Assembly: GCA_051306295.1 (NCBI GenBank)
Contig: JBPPMZ010000054.1
Location: 8,350 to 72,349 of the forward strand
Length of the DNA stretch: 64,000 bases
Reading direction: 5' to 3'
Source of the DNA: Candidatus Limnocylindrales bacterium
GTDB lineage: Bacteria; Chloroflexota; Limnocylindria; Limnocylindrales; CSP1-4
Positions within the stretch are counted from its first letter, which is position 1. Each line of letters begins with the position of its first letter. This document shows positions 33,848 through 43,863 of this stretch, piece after piece. The notes under the pieces were generated by a model. That model saw nothing but the letters and a program-made list of their open reading frames with translations. It did not search any database and was not told the DNA's origin. Both the position numbers and the translations under genes were made by a program.

Positions 33848-35053
33848 ATGAGCGCCCCGAGCCCCTTCGACCCGTGCCTGGAGATCGTCCAGCGCCCCAC
33901 CCTGGCCGGCGGCCGGCGGATCCGCGTCGTCCAGGTCCTGGCGACCGGCACCAACGGCGGCGCCCAGGAGCACCTCTACTCGCTGGTCACGCGGATGGAC
34001 CACACGCGCTACGACGTCTCGATCGTGTCGCTGTCGCCCGGCAGCGCCGCGCGCAAGCTCCAGAAGGCCGGCTTCGACGTCCTGGTCATCGATGAGCCCG
34101 ACGACGCCATCGCCGTCGGTGCGCTGGCGGCCCACCTGAGCGAGGTGCGGGCCGACGTCATCCACAACCACATGTTCCGGGCGGAGACGGTCGGCACGCG
34201 CGCGGCGATGGCGTTGGCGGAGATCGGCCATCGGCGACCGTACGTCGTGTCCACCGTCCACTCCAGCCGGATCCGCTCGGAGGAGGATCGCCGCCACCTG
34301 CGCGGCCTGACCCCGCACATGGATCAGCTCATCGCCGTCTCGCGCGCCATCGAACACAAGCTCTGCGACGAGGAGCGCATCCAGACGCCCGTTCGGCTCA
34401 TCTACAACGGCGTGGACCTGTCGCGCTACGACCACCAGGAGGCATGCTGCACGCTGCCCGCCGAGTACGGCATGGAGCCCGGCTCCCAGATCGTCGGCGT
34501 CATCGCGCGCCTGGAGCCCGAGAAGGGGCACCCGACGCTCCTGGAGGCCTGGCCGCAGGTCCTGCGTGCCGTGCCGGACGCCTACCTGCTCATCGTCGGA
34601 GAAGGCTCGCGTCGTGAGGCGCTGGAAGCGCAGGCACGCGACTTGCGCATCGCGCACCGGGTCGTGTTCACCGGGCGCCGCGATGACGTCCCCGCCGTGA
34701 CCGCCGCCCTGGATGTCGCCGTCCTGCCGTCCTATCGCGAGGCGCAGGGCCTGTCGATCCTGGAGGCGATGGCCCTCTCCCGGCCGGTCGTGGCGTCCAA
34801 CGTCGGCGGCATCCCCGAGATGATCGAAGCCGGCGTCACGGGCCTGCTCGTACCGCCGCACGACGCGGGCGCCCTCGCGGATGCGATCACCCGCCTGCTG
34901 CGCGATCACCCCTACGCGGACACGCTGGCGCGCGCCGGCCACGATCTCGTCCACGACCGCTTCTGCATCGAGCTGATGGTCAGCGCGGTCCAGACGATCT
35001 ATGACGAGGGCGCCCGAGCGGTCCGCCCGTCGGAGGTCGCGGCCGCCGTCTAG
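33848..35053 (+). CDS. GT4 (GT-B fold) glycosyltransferase
   Basis: Internal Met 46 of ORF 33713..35053. IRVVQVLATGTNGGAQEH N-terminus, and C-terminal SYREAQGLSILEAMALSRPVVASNVGGIPEMI EX7E motif. Confidence 0.9.
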   Translation: MSAPSPFDPCLEIVQRPTLAGGRRIRVVQVLATGTNGGAQEHLYSLVTRMDHTRYDVSIVSLSPGSAARKLQKAGFDVLVIDEPDDAIAVGALAAHLSEVRADVIHNHMFRAETVGTRAAMALAEIGHRRPYVVSTVHSSRIRSEEDRRHLRGLTPHMDQLIAVSRAIEHKLCDEERIQTPVRLIYNGVDLSRYDHQEACCTLPAEYGMEPGSQIVGVIARLEPEKGHPTLLEAWPQVLRAVPDAYLLIVGEGSRREALEAQARDLRIAHRVVFTGRRDDVPAVTAALDVAVLPSYREAQGLSILEAMALSRPVVASNVGGIPEMIEAGVTGLLVPPHDAGALADAITRLLRDHPYADTLARAGHDLVHDRFCIELMVSAVQTIYDEGARAVRPSEVAAAV

Positions 35054-35094
35054 GACCATCGAGCCGGTGCCGCAGCGCACCGCCGGCCGCTAGC

Positions 35095-36024
35095 ATGCGG
35101 CGCGTGACGATGAGCATCCTCCAGCGGGCGCGGTCGAGCGATCGGCTCGCGCCGTATCTGCGCGCGCTCGAGCGCGTCGGCCTGCCGGCCTGGTTCGTCG
35201 TGATCGACCTCTTGTGGATCCTCAAACCGGTCACTTTCGCCATCGACGCCCGCAACTATCAGAGAGCTGCAGCGGCCTGGTTGTCGGGCGGCGATCCGTG
35301 GCAGACCATCGAGATGGGCGTCCGCTATGGGTCCGGCCCGCACACGTTGCTCTTCTACGCTCCGACCAGCTTCTTCCCCTTCGAGGTTGCGGTGGGTCTC
35401 TGGATGGTCGCCGGCCTTGCGGCGGCCGTGTGGGTGGTGCGCCGCCTGGATCTGCCTATCTGGTGGATCGCCTTTCCACCGCTCTTTCACGCGATCTGGA
35501 ATGGCAATCCGCAGACGGTGATGCTCGCCCTCCTGGTCGTCGGGCATCCCGTCGCGTCGGCGGCCGCTGCCGGCGTGAAGCTGTATGCCTTGGTCCAGCT
35601 GATCTTCCGGCCGCGCCACTTCGCGGTGGCCGTCGTCGTCCTCGCCCTGTCCACGATCATCCTGCCGTGGCAGCTCTACCTGGCCTCGGCAGACAGCGTC
35701 GCTGAGAATATGCTCGGGTCCTGGGATGGGAGCGCCGCGCGGGTGCCGATCCTGCTGATTCCGACAGTCGCTGCCCTGTGGATCCTGCGCCACAAGGACG
35801 GCCAGTGGTGGTCCATCCCGGCCGTCTGGCCGGCAACGCAGTTCTACTACGTGGCGACCGTCCTCCCGGCCGTCAGCACCCGGCCCGTCCTCGCGGCGCT
35901 GACCGCGATCCCGGTGCCGCTGATGGTGCCCGCGATCGTCATCGGCCTGGCCGTGCGGGAGGTCCGTCGCCGGCGACAGTTCGACGAGTCCGCCGCGCCC
36001 AGCGCTGCACCAGCGGCAACCTGA
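35095..36024 (+). CDS. miniature GT87/DUF2029-like polytopic membrane protein
   Basis: AIDARNYQRAAAAWLSGGDPW...PIWWIAFPPLFHAIWNGNPQ...GVKLYAL. Start could be 35095, GTG 35104 or ATG 35110. Confidence 0.5.
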   Translation: MRRVTMSILQRARSSDRLAPYLRALERVGLPAWFVVIDLLWILKPVTFAIDARNYQRAAAAWLSGGDPWQTIEMGVRYGSGPHTLLFYAPTSFFPFEVAVGLWMVAGLAAAVWVVRRLDLPIWWIAFPPLFHAIWNGNPQTVMLALLVVGHPVASAAAAGVKLYALVQLIFRPRHFAVAVVVLALSTIILPWQLYLASADSVAENMLGSWDGSAARVPILLIPTVAALWILRHKDGQWWSIPAVWPATQFYYVATVLPAVSTRPVLAALTAIPVPLMVPAIVIGLAVREVRRRRQFDESAAPSAAPAAT

Positions 36025-37445
36025 TGTCCACGGAGCGCCTCTGGCGATCGCTGGCCGTCTTGTTGCCGGCGCTCGCCGCCATCCTCGCCCCGATGTCCAC
36101 GGTGGACCTCGCGTATCACCTGCGGGCCGGTACCGAGATCCTCGCCACCGCCGCCATCCCGACCACCGACACTTGGACCTTCACGGCCGCCGGCAGCGCC
36201 TGGTTCGATCAGCAGTGGGGCGCCCAGGTCATCTTCCGGCTCGTCGAGCAGATTGGCGGTTGGACGGGCCTCGTCGCGCTGCGTGCCTTAGCGACCGCTG
36301 TGATCTTCGCCTGCCTCGGCGTGATCGCGGCACGACGTGGTCTGGGCGCCAGGGGAGGCACCCTCCTGGTCGTCTTGGCCTTCGTGGTCGCCGCGCCAGC
36401 GATGGCCCTTCGACCACAGCTCTTCGGGATGGTGTGTTTCGCTATCGTCCTGCTGCTGCTCGAGGGCCGCCGATGGCACCCCGGTCGCCTGTGGTTGGTC
36501 CCCATCGTGGTAGCCGTCTGGGCCAACTTGCACGGCTCGTTCTTCCTGGGCCCGCTTGCTCTCGGACTCACGTGGCTCGCCGACGTCCACGACCGAGCGC
36601 CGTCGCCGCGCTCGACCCTGCTCGTGACGATGGCCAGCGTGGCAGGCGCCTGCCTCACGCCGGCTGGGCCGCTGGTGTGGGTATACGCGATCGGTCTGTC
36701 CGCGGACCCGACGGTCACCGCGCGCATCACGGAGTGGCAGCCGACCTCCCTGCGGACGCCAGCGGGCGTCGCCTTCTTCGCGTCCGTCGCCGCCGCCGCG
36801 GCGCTCATCGCTCGCCGCGCGACGACCGTCGACTGGCCGACCCTCGCCTGGCTGGGCGCGTTCGTCGCTATCGGTCTGTATGCGGAGCGTGGGATCGCGT
36901 GGTGGGCGCTGGCCGCCGCGGGGCCGGTCGCGGCGTTGCTCGCGCCGTCGGACGCGCCTAGGACGCGCCCGGGCCTACGTCCGGACCCGCGCGGCATCCG
37001 TCGGGTGAACGCGGTCATCGCTGGTGTGCTCGTGCTCGCCGGCGTCGGCCTGCTCCCATGGTGGCGACCACTGGATCCTGGAACCCAGGCGCCGGTCGCC
37101 GTCCTGACCGACGCGCCATCGGCCATCACCGCGGTCCTGCGCGAGAAGGCCACGGCCGAGGACCGGATCCTCAACCATCAGGCTTGGGGCTCCTGGCTGG
37201 AATACGCCGTGCCCGCGGCGCCCGTGGCGATCGATTCACGCATCGAGCTGTTCACGCCCGAGACGTGGGACCGCTATGAGCAGGTGATGGCCGGGGTCGA
37301 TGGCTGGCAGGCCCAGGTGGAAGCCTGGGGCGTGACGGTGGTCGTGCTCGAGGCGGAGGCGACCGGGGCTCGGGACCGTTTCGTCGCCGACGGCTGGCGC
37401 GTCCTCCATGAGGACGAGGACGGCTCGATCCTCCAGCACCCATGA
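36024..37445 (+). CDS. polytopic membrane protein with C-terminal extracytoplasmic domain (GT-C-like, family uncertain)
   Basis: Internal Met 83 of ORF 35778..37445 (TGATG overlap). VDLAYHLRAGTEIL...FDQQWGAQV...WANLHGSFFLGP, about 11 TM helices, then a ~130 aa soluble tail. Confidence 0.5.
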   Translation: MSTERLWRSLAVLLPALAAILAPMSTVDLAYHLRAGTEILATAAIPTTDTWTFTAAGSAWFDQQWGAQVIFRLVEQIGGWTGLVALRALATAVIFACLGVIAARRGLGARGGTLLVVLAFVVAAPAMALRPQLFGMVCFAIVLLLLEGRRWHPGRLWLVPIVVAVWANLHGSFFLGPLALGLTWLADVHDRAPSPRSTLLVTMASVAGACLTPAGPLVWVYAIGLSADPTVTARITEWQPTSLRTPAGVAFFASVAAAAALIARRATTVDWPTLAWLGAFVAIGLYAERGIAWWALAAAGPVAALLAPSDAPRTRPGLRPDPRGIRRVNAVIAGVLVLAGVGLLPWWRPLDPGTQAPVAVLTDAPSAITAVLREKATAEDRILNHQAWGSWLEYAVPAAPVAIDSRIELFTPETWDRYEQVMAGVDGWQAQVEAWGVTVVVLEAEATGARDRFVADGWRVLHEDEDGSILQHP

Positions 37446-38326
37446 CCGCGCACGGCATCCGCTGGCGGTTCATCGCGACCACCGTCGCGCGGCCGCTGCT
37501 CCCGCTCTGGTTCGCCGGGTACGCGGTGCTGATGCTCTACAACTACGGAACCCACGGCTTCCTGTTCCTCGACATCGCGGTCTATCGCGAGGCTGCACTG
37601 TCCGCGATCGCTGGCGGTGACCCGTGGGCAGCGCAAGTGGGAGGCCTCGCATTCGCCGCCCCACCACCAACACTTCTCCTGTTCCTCCCGGTCACCTTCC
37701 TGCCACTCGAGTTGGCCACACTCGTTGTCACCGTCGCACTTGCCGCCGCAGCCATCTGGTCGATCCGTCGCCTGCGCCTGCCATGGTGGTGGCTCCTGTT
37801 TCCGCCGCTCTTCGAGTGCCTCATCGTCGGTAACCCCGACGTGCTCGTCCTGGCCTTCCTGCTCATGCGCGGCCCGCTGGCCGGCGTCGCCGTAGTGGCC
37901 AAGGTCTATGGGGTCATCCCGCTCATCTACCAGCGTCGCTGGGGAGCGCTCCTGGTCGGTTGCGCACTGTCGGCCCTCACGCTCCCGTTGTGGCCGGCGT
38001 TCTTCGACAGCCTCGCCGATATCAACAGCAGCCTGGACAGCCAGTCCGAGGGTTTCAGCGCGTGGGGCACCTGGTGGTTGGTCCCGACTGCGCTCGCCCT
38101 GTGGGTCTTGCGTCGGAAGGGAGCGGAATGGCTGGTCGTGCCCGGTCTGTGGCCGCACACCCAGATCCACTACGGGGCCATGAGTCTGCCGGTGATGCGC
38201 CGCTACCCGTTGGCTGCGGCGATCATGGGCCTGGGAACGCCGTTGGCGCCGCCGATCGCGATTATCCTCATCGCGCTCCAGGAGCGGCTCGGCCTTGGCC
38301 CTCCGCCTGAGGAGCCACTGCCGTGA
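37442..38326 (+). CDS. miniature GT87/DUF2029-like polytopic membrane protein
   Basis: FLDIAVYREAALSAIAGGDPW...LPWWWLLFPPLFECLIVGNPD...VAKVYGV. ATGA overlap upstream. Confidence 0.5.
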   Translation: MTAHGIRWRFIATTVARPLLPLWFAGYAVLMLYNYGTHGFLFLDIAVYREAALSAIAGGDPWAAQVGGLAFAAPPPTLLLFLPVTFLPLELATLVVTVALAAAAIWSIRRLRLPWWWLLFPPLFECLIVGNPDVLVLAFLLMRGPLAGVAVVAKVYGVIPLIYQRRWGALLVGCALSALTLPLWPAFFDSLADINSSLDSQSEGFSAWGTWWLVPTALALWVLRRKGAEWLVVPGLWPHTQIHYGAMSLPVMRRYPLAAAIMGLGTPLAPPIAIILIALQERLGLGPPPEEPLP

Positions 38327-39306
38327 ACTGGCACGCCGCGCTCGATCGCTATCCAATGAATTCGCCGTGGGTGCGCTCACTGGTCCAGCGCTATGGCCTC
38401 CCGTTGTGGTTCGTGTGCCAGTCGGTTCTCGCCATCGCCCAATCGAGCCGAGACACGAGTCTCTTGTACTTCGACGGGCGACTGTACTTGCTCGCGACCC
38501 AGGCATGGCTCGACGGACGAGATCCGTGGTCGATCCAGCTCGCCGGCAACTACTTCGCGGCTCCACCGCCGTCCATGGTCCCCCTGGTCCCGCTCGCGAT
38601 GCTCCCGATCGATATCGGCGTGGCGATCCTGGCCGGCATGGTCATCGCGTCATCGGTCCTGACCGTGCGGCTGCTGGGTCTGCCGTGGTGGTGGCTGGCG
38701 TTCCCTCCGTTGGTGCAGAGCGCCCTGTCAGCGAACGTCCATTCGCTGCTCATCCCTTTGATCCTGATGCCCCTTGGCGCGATTGCCGGCCTGCTGAAGA
38801 TCTACGGCGTCGTACCCATGGTCATCCTTGGGCGCTGGCGGGCTTTGGCCGGGCTGGCGGTGCTCCTGGGCGTGACTGCGCCCGTCCTTCCTTGGTCGTC
38901 CTACATCGAAGGCTTCGGCTCCATCAATGCGCGGCTGGTCGAGCAGACGACCATCGCCCTACCAACCGTCGTCCTGGTCGCCGCCGCACCGTTTGCGCTC
39001 GTCGCCATGCGGATCGTGGGGCGGGAACGCGCCGCATGGTTGGCCGTGCCCGCGCTGTGGCCCTCCCAGCAGTACTACTACGGCACGCTCGCCATGGGTG
39101 CCAGGAGTGGCCTGGCTGCCGCCATCGTCGCCGTGCCAGTGCCTGGCTCCGGGTTGCTTGCCCTCATCGCGCTGGCGCTCGCGACCTGGCGCGCCAATGG
39201 ACGTGCCAGTGCGTCGCGGCCAGGGTCCGGCGCTTCGCCTAGGACCATCGGCGCGGTGACAGGCGGCACCGGCGGTCTAGACTCGTCCGATGACCAACGC
39301 ACCTGA
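38323..39306 (+). CDS. miniature GT87/DUF2029-like polytopic membrane protein
   Basis: YFDGRLYLLATQAWLDGRDPW...LPWWWLAFPPLVQSALSANV...LLKIYGV. GTGA overlap upstream. Confidence 0.5.
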   Translation: MNWHAALDRYPMNSPWVRSLVQRYGLPLWFVCQSVLAIAQSSRDTSLLYFDGRLYLLATQAWLDGRDPWSIQLAGNYFAAPPPSMVPLVPLAMLPIDIGVAILAGMVIASSVLTVRLLGLPWWWLAFPPLVQSALSANVHSLLIPLILMPLGAIAGLLKIYGVVPMVILGRWRALAGLAVLLGVTAPVLPWSSYIEGFGSINARLVEQTTIALPTVVLVAAAPFALVAMRIVGRERAAWLAVPALWPSQQYYYGTLAMGARSGLAAAIVAVPVPGSGLLALIALALATWRANGRASASRPGSGASPRTIGAVTGGTGGLDSSDDQRT

Positions 39307-40492
39307 CCTCGACGTCGTCGTCCTTGGCGGGGGCGGCCATGTCGGCTTGCCGCTGAGCCTCGTCTTCGCCAAGGCGGGGATGCGTGTCGGCATCTATGAC
39401 ACGAACCAAGCGACGCTGGACCGCATCGCCGCCGGCGATATGCCGTTCCTGGAAAACGGCGCTGACGACCTGCTCCGGGAGGTCCTCGCCACGGGCCGGC
39501 TCGAGTTTGGTGCCGACGGCGCCATCATCAAGCGCGCGAACACGCTGGTCGTCGTCATCGGCACGCCGGTCGACGAGTTCCTGGGGCCGTCGATGACCGT
39601 CTTCGAGAAGGCCGTCAGCCAGATCGCCCCGCACCTCCGTGAGGGCGCCCTGGTCGTGCTGCGCAGCACGGTCTACCCGGGCACGACGGCGTATGTGACC
39701 CAGCACCTCGCGGACGCCGGCTGCGCCGTGGACGTCGCCTTCTGCCCGGAACGGATCGCCGAGGGCCACGCGCTCGAGGAGCTGCACACGCTGCCCCAGA
39801 TCATCGGGGCGGATGACGACCGCGCCGCCGAGCGCGCCACGGCCCTGTTCTCGCGCATCGCCTCGAGCACCATCCGGACGAGCACCAAGGAAGCGGAGCT
39901 CGCCAAGCTCTTCACCAATACGTGGCGCTACATGAAGTTTGCGGTCGCCAACCAGTTCTTCATGATCGCCGACCAGGCAGGCGTGGACTACACGAACGTC
40001 CTGCGCGCGATCCGCGAGGACTACCCCAGGGCCCGGGACCTGCCAGGTCCGGGCTTCGCCGCGGGGCCCTGCCTGTTCAAGGACGCGATGCAGTTGGCCG
40101 CGTTCACGGCCGACCACTTCCCGATGGGCCAGGCGGCGATGCAGGTCAATGAGGGCTTGCCCGCCTACATCGTGTCCGCCTTGGAGCGTCGCTATGGCGG
40201 CCTGCAGGGCAAGACCGTGGGGATCCTGGGGATGGCCTTCAAGGCCGAATCGGACGATACCCGCGCCTCGCTGAGCTACAAGCTGCGAAAGCTCCTGTCG
40301 TGGGCCGGTGCGCGGGTCGTAGCCACGGATCCGTACGTCGTCGATGACCGACTCACGACCCTGGACTGCGTCCTCGAGGAGAGCGACGTCCTGGTTCTGG
40401 GCGCCCCGCACAAGCAGTACAAGCACCTGGAGGTCGGCGGCAAGGACGTCGTCGATGTGTGGGGCGCCATGGGCCAGGGGATCCGACTCTGA
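39290..40492 (+). CDS. nucleotide-sugar dehydrogenase (UDP-glucose/GDP-mannose dehydrogenase family)
   Basis: VVVLGGGGHVGLPLSLVFA Rossmann motif, catalytic GFAAGPCLFKD, C-terminal GMAFKAESDDTRAS. Confidence 0.9.
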   Translation: MTNAPDLDVVVLGGGGHVGLPLSLVFAKAGMRVGIYDTNQATLDRIAAGDMPFLENGADDLLREVLATGRLEFGADGAIIKRANTLVVVIGTPVDEFLGPSMTVFEKAVSQIAPHLREGALVVLRSTVYPGTTAYVTQHLADAGCAVDVAFCPERIAEGHALEELHTLPQIIGADDDRAAERATALFSRIASSTIRTSTKEAELAKLFTNTWRYMKFAVANQFFMIADQAGVDYTNVLRAIREDYPRARDLPGPGFAAGPCLFKDAMQLAAFTADHFPMGQAAMQVNEGLPAYIVSALERRYGGLQGKTVGILGMAFKAESDDTRASLSYKLRKLLSWAGARVVATDPYVVDDRLTTLDCVLEESDVLVLGAPHKQYKHLEVGGKDVVDVWGAMGQGIRL

Positions 40493-41514
40493 TGCGAATC
40501 CTCGTCACCGGCGCTGCCGGGTTCATCAATGGCTATCTCGTCCCGGAATTGCTGGAAGCCGGCCACGAGGTCGTGGGCCTCGACGACTTCAGCAAGTACG
40601 GCCGCCTGACCAAGTCGTACGACGACCACCCCCGCTATCGATTCGTGGAGGGTGATGCCAAGGACACGGCGCTCATGCGCGAGCTGGCGTCGGACGTCGA
40701 CCAGGTCGTCGCGTCGGCCGCGATGATCGGCGGGATCAGCTACTTCCACGAGTTCGCCTACGATCTGCTGGCCGAGAACGAGCGGATCCTGGCCTCGACG
40801 TTCGATGCGGCGATCGCCGCCCATCGCGACGGTCACTTGGCGCGGATCATCGTGGTCAGCTCCTCGATGGTGTACGAGTCGTCGACGGTCTTCCCGACGC
40901 CGGAAGGCGCGCAGCTGACCTCGCCGCCGCCGATCAGCACCTACGGCTTCCAGAAGCTCGCCTCGGAGTACTTCGCCAAGGGTGCCTGGGAGCAGTACCA
41001 GCTGCCGTACACGATCGTGCGGCCGTTCAACTGCGTGGGTATCGGCGAGCGCCGCGCGCTGCGCGATACGGACATCATGTCGGGCAATGTGAAGCTCGCC
41101 CTGAGCCACGTCGTGCCGGACCTCGCACTCAAGGTCATGAAGGGCCAGGACCCGCTGCACATCCTCGGCGACGGCTCGCAGGTCCGCCACTACACGTACG
41201 GCGGCGACCTCGCGCACGGGATCCGCCTGGCGATGGAGTCGGACGCCGCGATCAACAACGACGTGAACCTCTCGACGGCCGCATCCACGACGGTGTTGGA
41301 GCTGGCGCAGGCGATCTGGCACAAGGTCCACGGCCCCGATCGCGAGTTCCGCTACGTCTCGGATCCGCCCTTCGAACACGACGTCCAGTTGCGCGTCCCG
41401 GATGTGCGCAAGGCGCGCGACCTGCTGGGTTTCGAGGCGACCACGTCGCTTTCGGCGATGCTCGACGAGGTCATCCCCTGGATCCGCGACGAGGTCGAGG
41501 CTGGCCGGCTTTGA
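40492..41514 (+). CDS. NAD-dependent nucleotide-sugar epimerase/dehydratase (SDR)
   Basis: MRILVTGAAGFINGYLVPELL, catalytic YGFQKLASE (YxxxK). TGATG overlap upstream. Confidence 0.9.
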   Translation: MRILVTGAAGFINGYLVPELLEAGHEVVGLDDFSKYGRLTKSYDDHPRYRFVEGDAKDTALMRELASDVDQVVASAAMIGGISYFHEFAYDLLAENERILASTFDAAIAAHRDGHLARIIVVSSSMVYESSTVFPTPEGAQLTSPPPISTYGFQKLASEYFAKGAWEQYQLPYTIVRPFNCVGIGERRALRDTDIMSGNVKLALSHVVPDLALKVMKGQDPLHILGDGSQVRHYTYGGDLAHGIRLAMESDAAINNDVNLSTAASTTVLELAQAIWHKVHGPDREFRYVSDPPFEHDVQLRVPDVRKARDLLGFEATTSLSAMLDEVIPWIRDEVEAGRL

Positions 41515-43097
41515 CGCTGGATGTCGAGGCCCTTCCCCAACGAACCCCCACGGCACGGATCGCATCGCTGCTAGCCGATGACCTTGTTTGGGCAATCCCC
41601 CTCGCTCTCGTCGCACGCATTGCGTTCTGGATAGTCACCAGTCGGGTCTGGGAAGACGCCTTGATCACGATCGCCCATGCGCGGAACGCCGTCGAAGGGC
41701 TAGGGCTCACTCACCATCCGGGCGAAGGGGTCATCCATGGCTTCACCTCAGCCATTTCGGTGCTGGTCCCGCTGGTTGGCGAGGCCGTAGATCCGGGGAG
41801 TGGCCTCACAGCCCTCAGGACCGCCACGCTTCTAAGTGTTGTCGTCGCTCTCGCCGCTGCCGAGCGGATCGGGCGCCAACTTGCCATCTCAGTGTGGCCC
41901 CGTCGATTCATCCTAATCTATCTTGCACTCGACCCGCTCCAGGTCTTCTATGGAATGGCAGGGATGGAGACGCAGGTCGCGGTGGCGGTCCTCCTCTTGA
42001 GCCTCATGCTGATGCTCGATCGGCGACCTATTGCATGTGGTGTCACCCTCGGGCTATCAGTCCTTGTGCGCCCTGACTTCGCGATTTGGTCGGCGATAGC
42101 GTTAGCGTTCGTTCTCCTGCGGTCCCGTCAGGACGCAGCGCGCGCCTTCCTCTCCGCTTTCATCACCGTGGCACCTTGGCTCACTTTCGCGACGGCATAC
42201 TACGGGTCGCCTATACCGCAGACACTGATTGCGAAGTCAATCAGCTACACGAACGACATCGGGACTGATCCGGCCCAATGGTTCCTGTCGCAGTTCGCTT
42301 CGCACGTCCCAACGCTTGGGCGCACCTTTGCGCCGTTCCTTGAGAACACTCTCATTCAAAGCGCGCCGATGCCCGTCTGGGTCGCGGCTGCCATCTCGGC
42401 TCTGTGCTGGTCGTTGCTAGTTCTCGGGTCCATAGCGATCGCCCGACGGGTGCCGTTTCTGCCGCTGTTCGTGGCCGTGTACACGGCGTATCGGGTTTTC
42501 GCATTACCGGTCGAATACTTTGACTGGTACGTGCCACCAGTCGCAGCACTCAGCGTCATCGTCATTGCCGCTGGGGTGGATAGAGTTGCGACCGCTGTCG
42601 AGTCTCGTCGCGCATGGGCATTGGCCCTGTCGTTCGCCTTCGCTGTTCCGTTGGTCTCCACCGTCGGCCTAGAAGCCGCTGTCCAACGCGACATCGAGGA
42701 CGCAGTACGGATGCAAGTCGGCGAGTATCTGCGGGATGAGGTCCCAGCGGGAGATCCTGTGGCAATGGAGGCGGCCGGATACTTTGGCTTCTATTCGAGA
42801 GCAATCGTCTACGACTACCCGGGTCTTACGTCGCGAGTTGCGCTAGCCGCCGTCCGCGCGACTCCTTCGGGTCGACGGTCAGCTGCGTCGATGATGGCTC
42901 GACTCGCAGCGCCCTGGATTGTGGTGCGGCCCAGCGAATACGAGCAGCTAGGTGAGGCGGATCCTGCCTTGGCGCGGGAGTACCAATTGTGTCGTTCGTT
43001 TGATGCGGGCACGGGACCCACGATCTCGTGGGGGGGTTTGGTGTTGCGAACCATCGATAGCCGCTTCGAGGTGAGGAGACTCGGCCCGTGCCCATGA
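41511..43097 (+). CDS. large polytopic membrane protein, GT-C-like (family uncertain)
   Basis: TTGA-overlapping start. VWEDALITIAHARNAVEGLGL first loop, about 12 TM helices, ~100 aa C-terminal soluble domain. Visibly lower GC than its neighbours. Confidence 0.5.
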   Translation: MTLDVEALPQRTPTARIASLLADDLVWAIPLALVARIAFWIVTSRVWEDALITIAHARNAVEGLGLTHHPGEGVIHGFTSAISVLVPLVGEAVDPGSGLTALRTATLLSVVVALAAAERIGRQLAISVWPRRFILIYLALDPLQVFYGMAGMETQVAVAVLLLSLMLMLDRRPIACGVTLGLSVLVRPDFAIWSAIALAFVLLRSRQDAARAFLSAFITVAPWLTFATAYYGSPIPQTLIAKSISYTNDIGTDPAQWFLSQFASHVPTLGRTFAPFLENTLIQSAPMPVWVAAAISALCWSLLVLGSIAIARRVPFLPLFVAVYTAYRVFALPVEYFDWYVPPVAALSVIVIAAGVDRVATAVESRRAWALALSFAFAVPLVSTVGLEAAVQRDIEDAVRMQVGEYLRDEVPAGDPVAMEAAGYFGFYSRAIVYDYPGLTSRVALAAVRATPSGRRSAASMMARLAAPWIVVRPSEYEQLGEADPALAREYQLCRSFDAGTGPTISWGGLVLRTIDSRFEVRRLGPCP

Positions 43098-43107
43098 AGT
43101 CTGCCCG

Positions 43108-43863
43108 GTGGTTTGTCAACGCATGAGAGCCGTGGCTCACCCGGAGCTGGCAGTCGTCATGCCGGTATTCAAGGAAGGCGACGCCGTCGAGCCCGTGATC
43201 CGGGCGCTCACCGCGGCGGTCAGCGCAACGTATGAGATCCTCGTCGTCTACGACTTTGACGAGGACCCGACCGTGCCGGTCATCGAGCGGCTGGCCGCCG
43301 AGCTGCCGGCGGTCCGCGGCCTCCGCAACGACCTGGGTCGTGGCGTCCTCAACGCGATGAAGGCCGGCATCGCCGCATCGAGCGGCACCTACGTCCTGAT
43401 CTCCATGTCGGATGGCTCGGATGAGCCGCATGTCGTCGATTCGATGGTGGCGCTCGCGCGCGGCGGCGCCGACGTCGTCGCGGCGTCGCGCTACATGAAG
43501 GGTGGCCACCAGCTGGGTGGCCCGCCGATCAAGCGCCTGATGAGCCGCACGGCGGGCCTCACCCTCCATTGGTTCGCCGGCGTCCCGACCCACGACCCGA
43601 CCAACAACTTCAAGCTCTATTCGCGGCGTTTCCTCGATACCGTGACGATCGAGAGCACAGCCGGCTTCGAGCTCGCCCTGGAGCTCACGGTGAAGGCGTC
43701 ACTGGCCGGCCGGCGCATCGGCGAAGTGCCCACGACCTGGCGCGATAGGACGGCTGGCGAGAGCAACTTCAAGCTGCGCAAGTGGCTCCCGCACTACCTG
43801 CACTGGTATCGACAGGCGTTCGTCGGTCGCTGGCTCCGTCGCCGCGACAAGGCATCTCGATGA
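43108..43863 (+). CDS. GT2 glycosyltransferase (Dpm1-like, soluble)
   Basis: LAVVMPVFKEGD...YEILVVYDFDEDPT...LISMSDGSDEP...DPTNNFKLYSRRF. Confidence 0.8.
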   Translation: MVCQRMRAVAHPELAVVMPVFKEGDAVEPVIRALTAAVSATYEILVVYDFDEDPTVPVIERLAAELPAVRGLRNDLGRGVLNAMKAGIAASSGTYVLISMSDGSDEPHVVDSMVALARGGADVVAASRYMKGGHQLGGPPIKRLMSRTAGLTLHWFAGVPTHDPTNNFKLYSRRFLDTVTIESTAGFELALELTVKASLAGRRIGEVPTTWRDRTAGESNFKLRKWLPHYLHWYRQAFVGRWLRRRDKASR

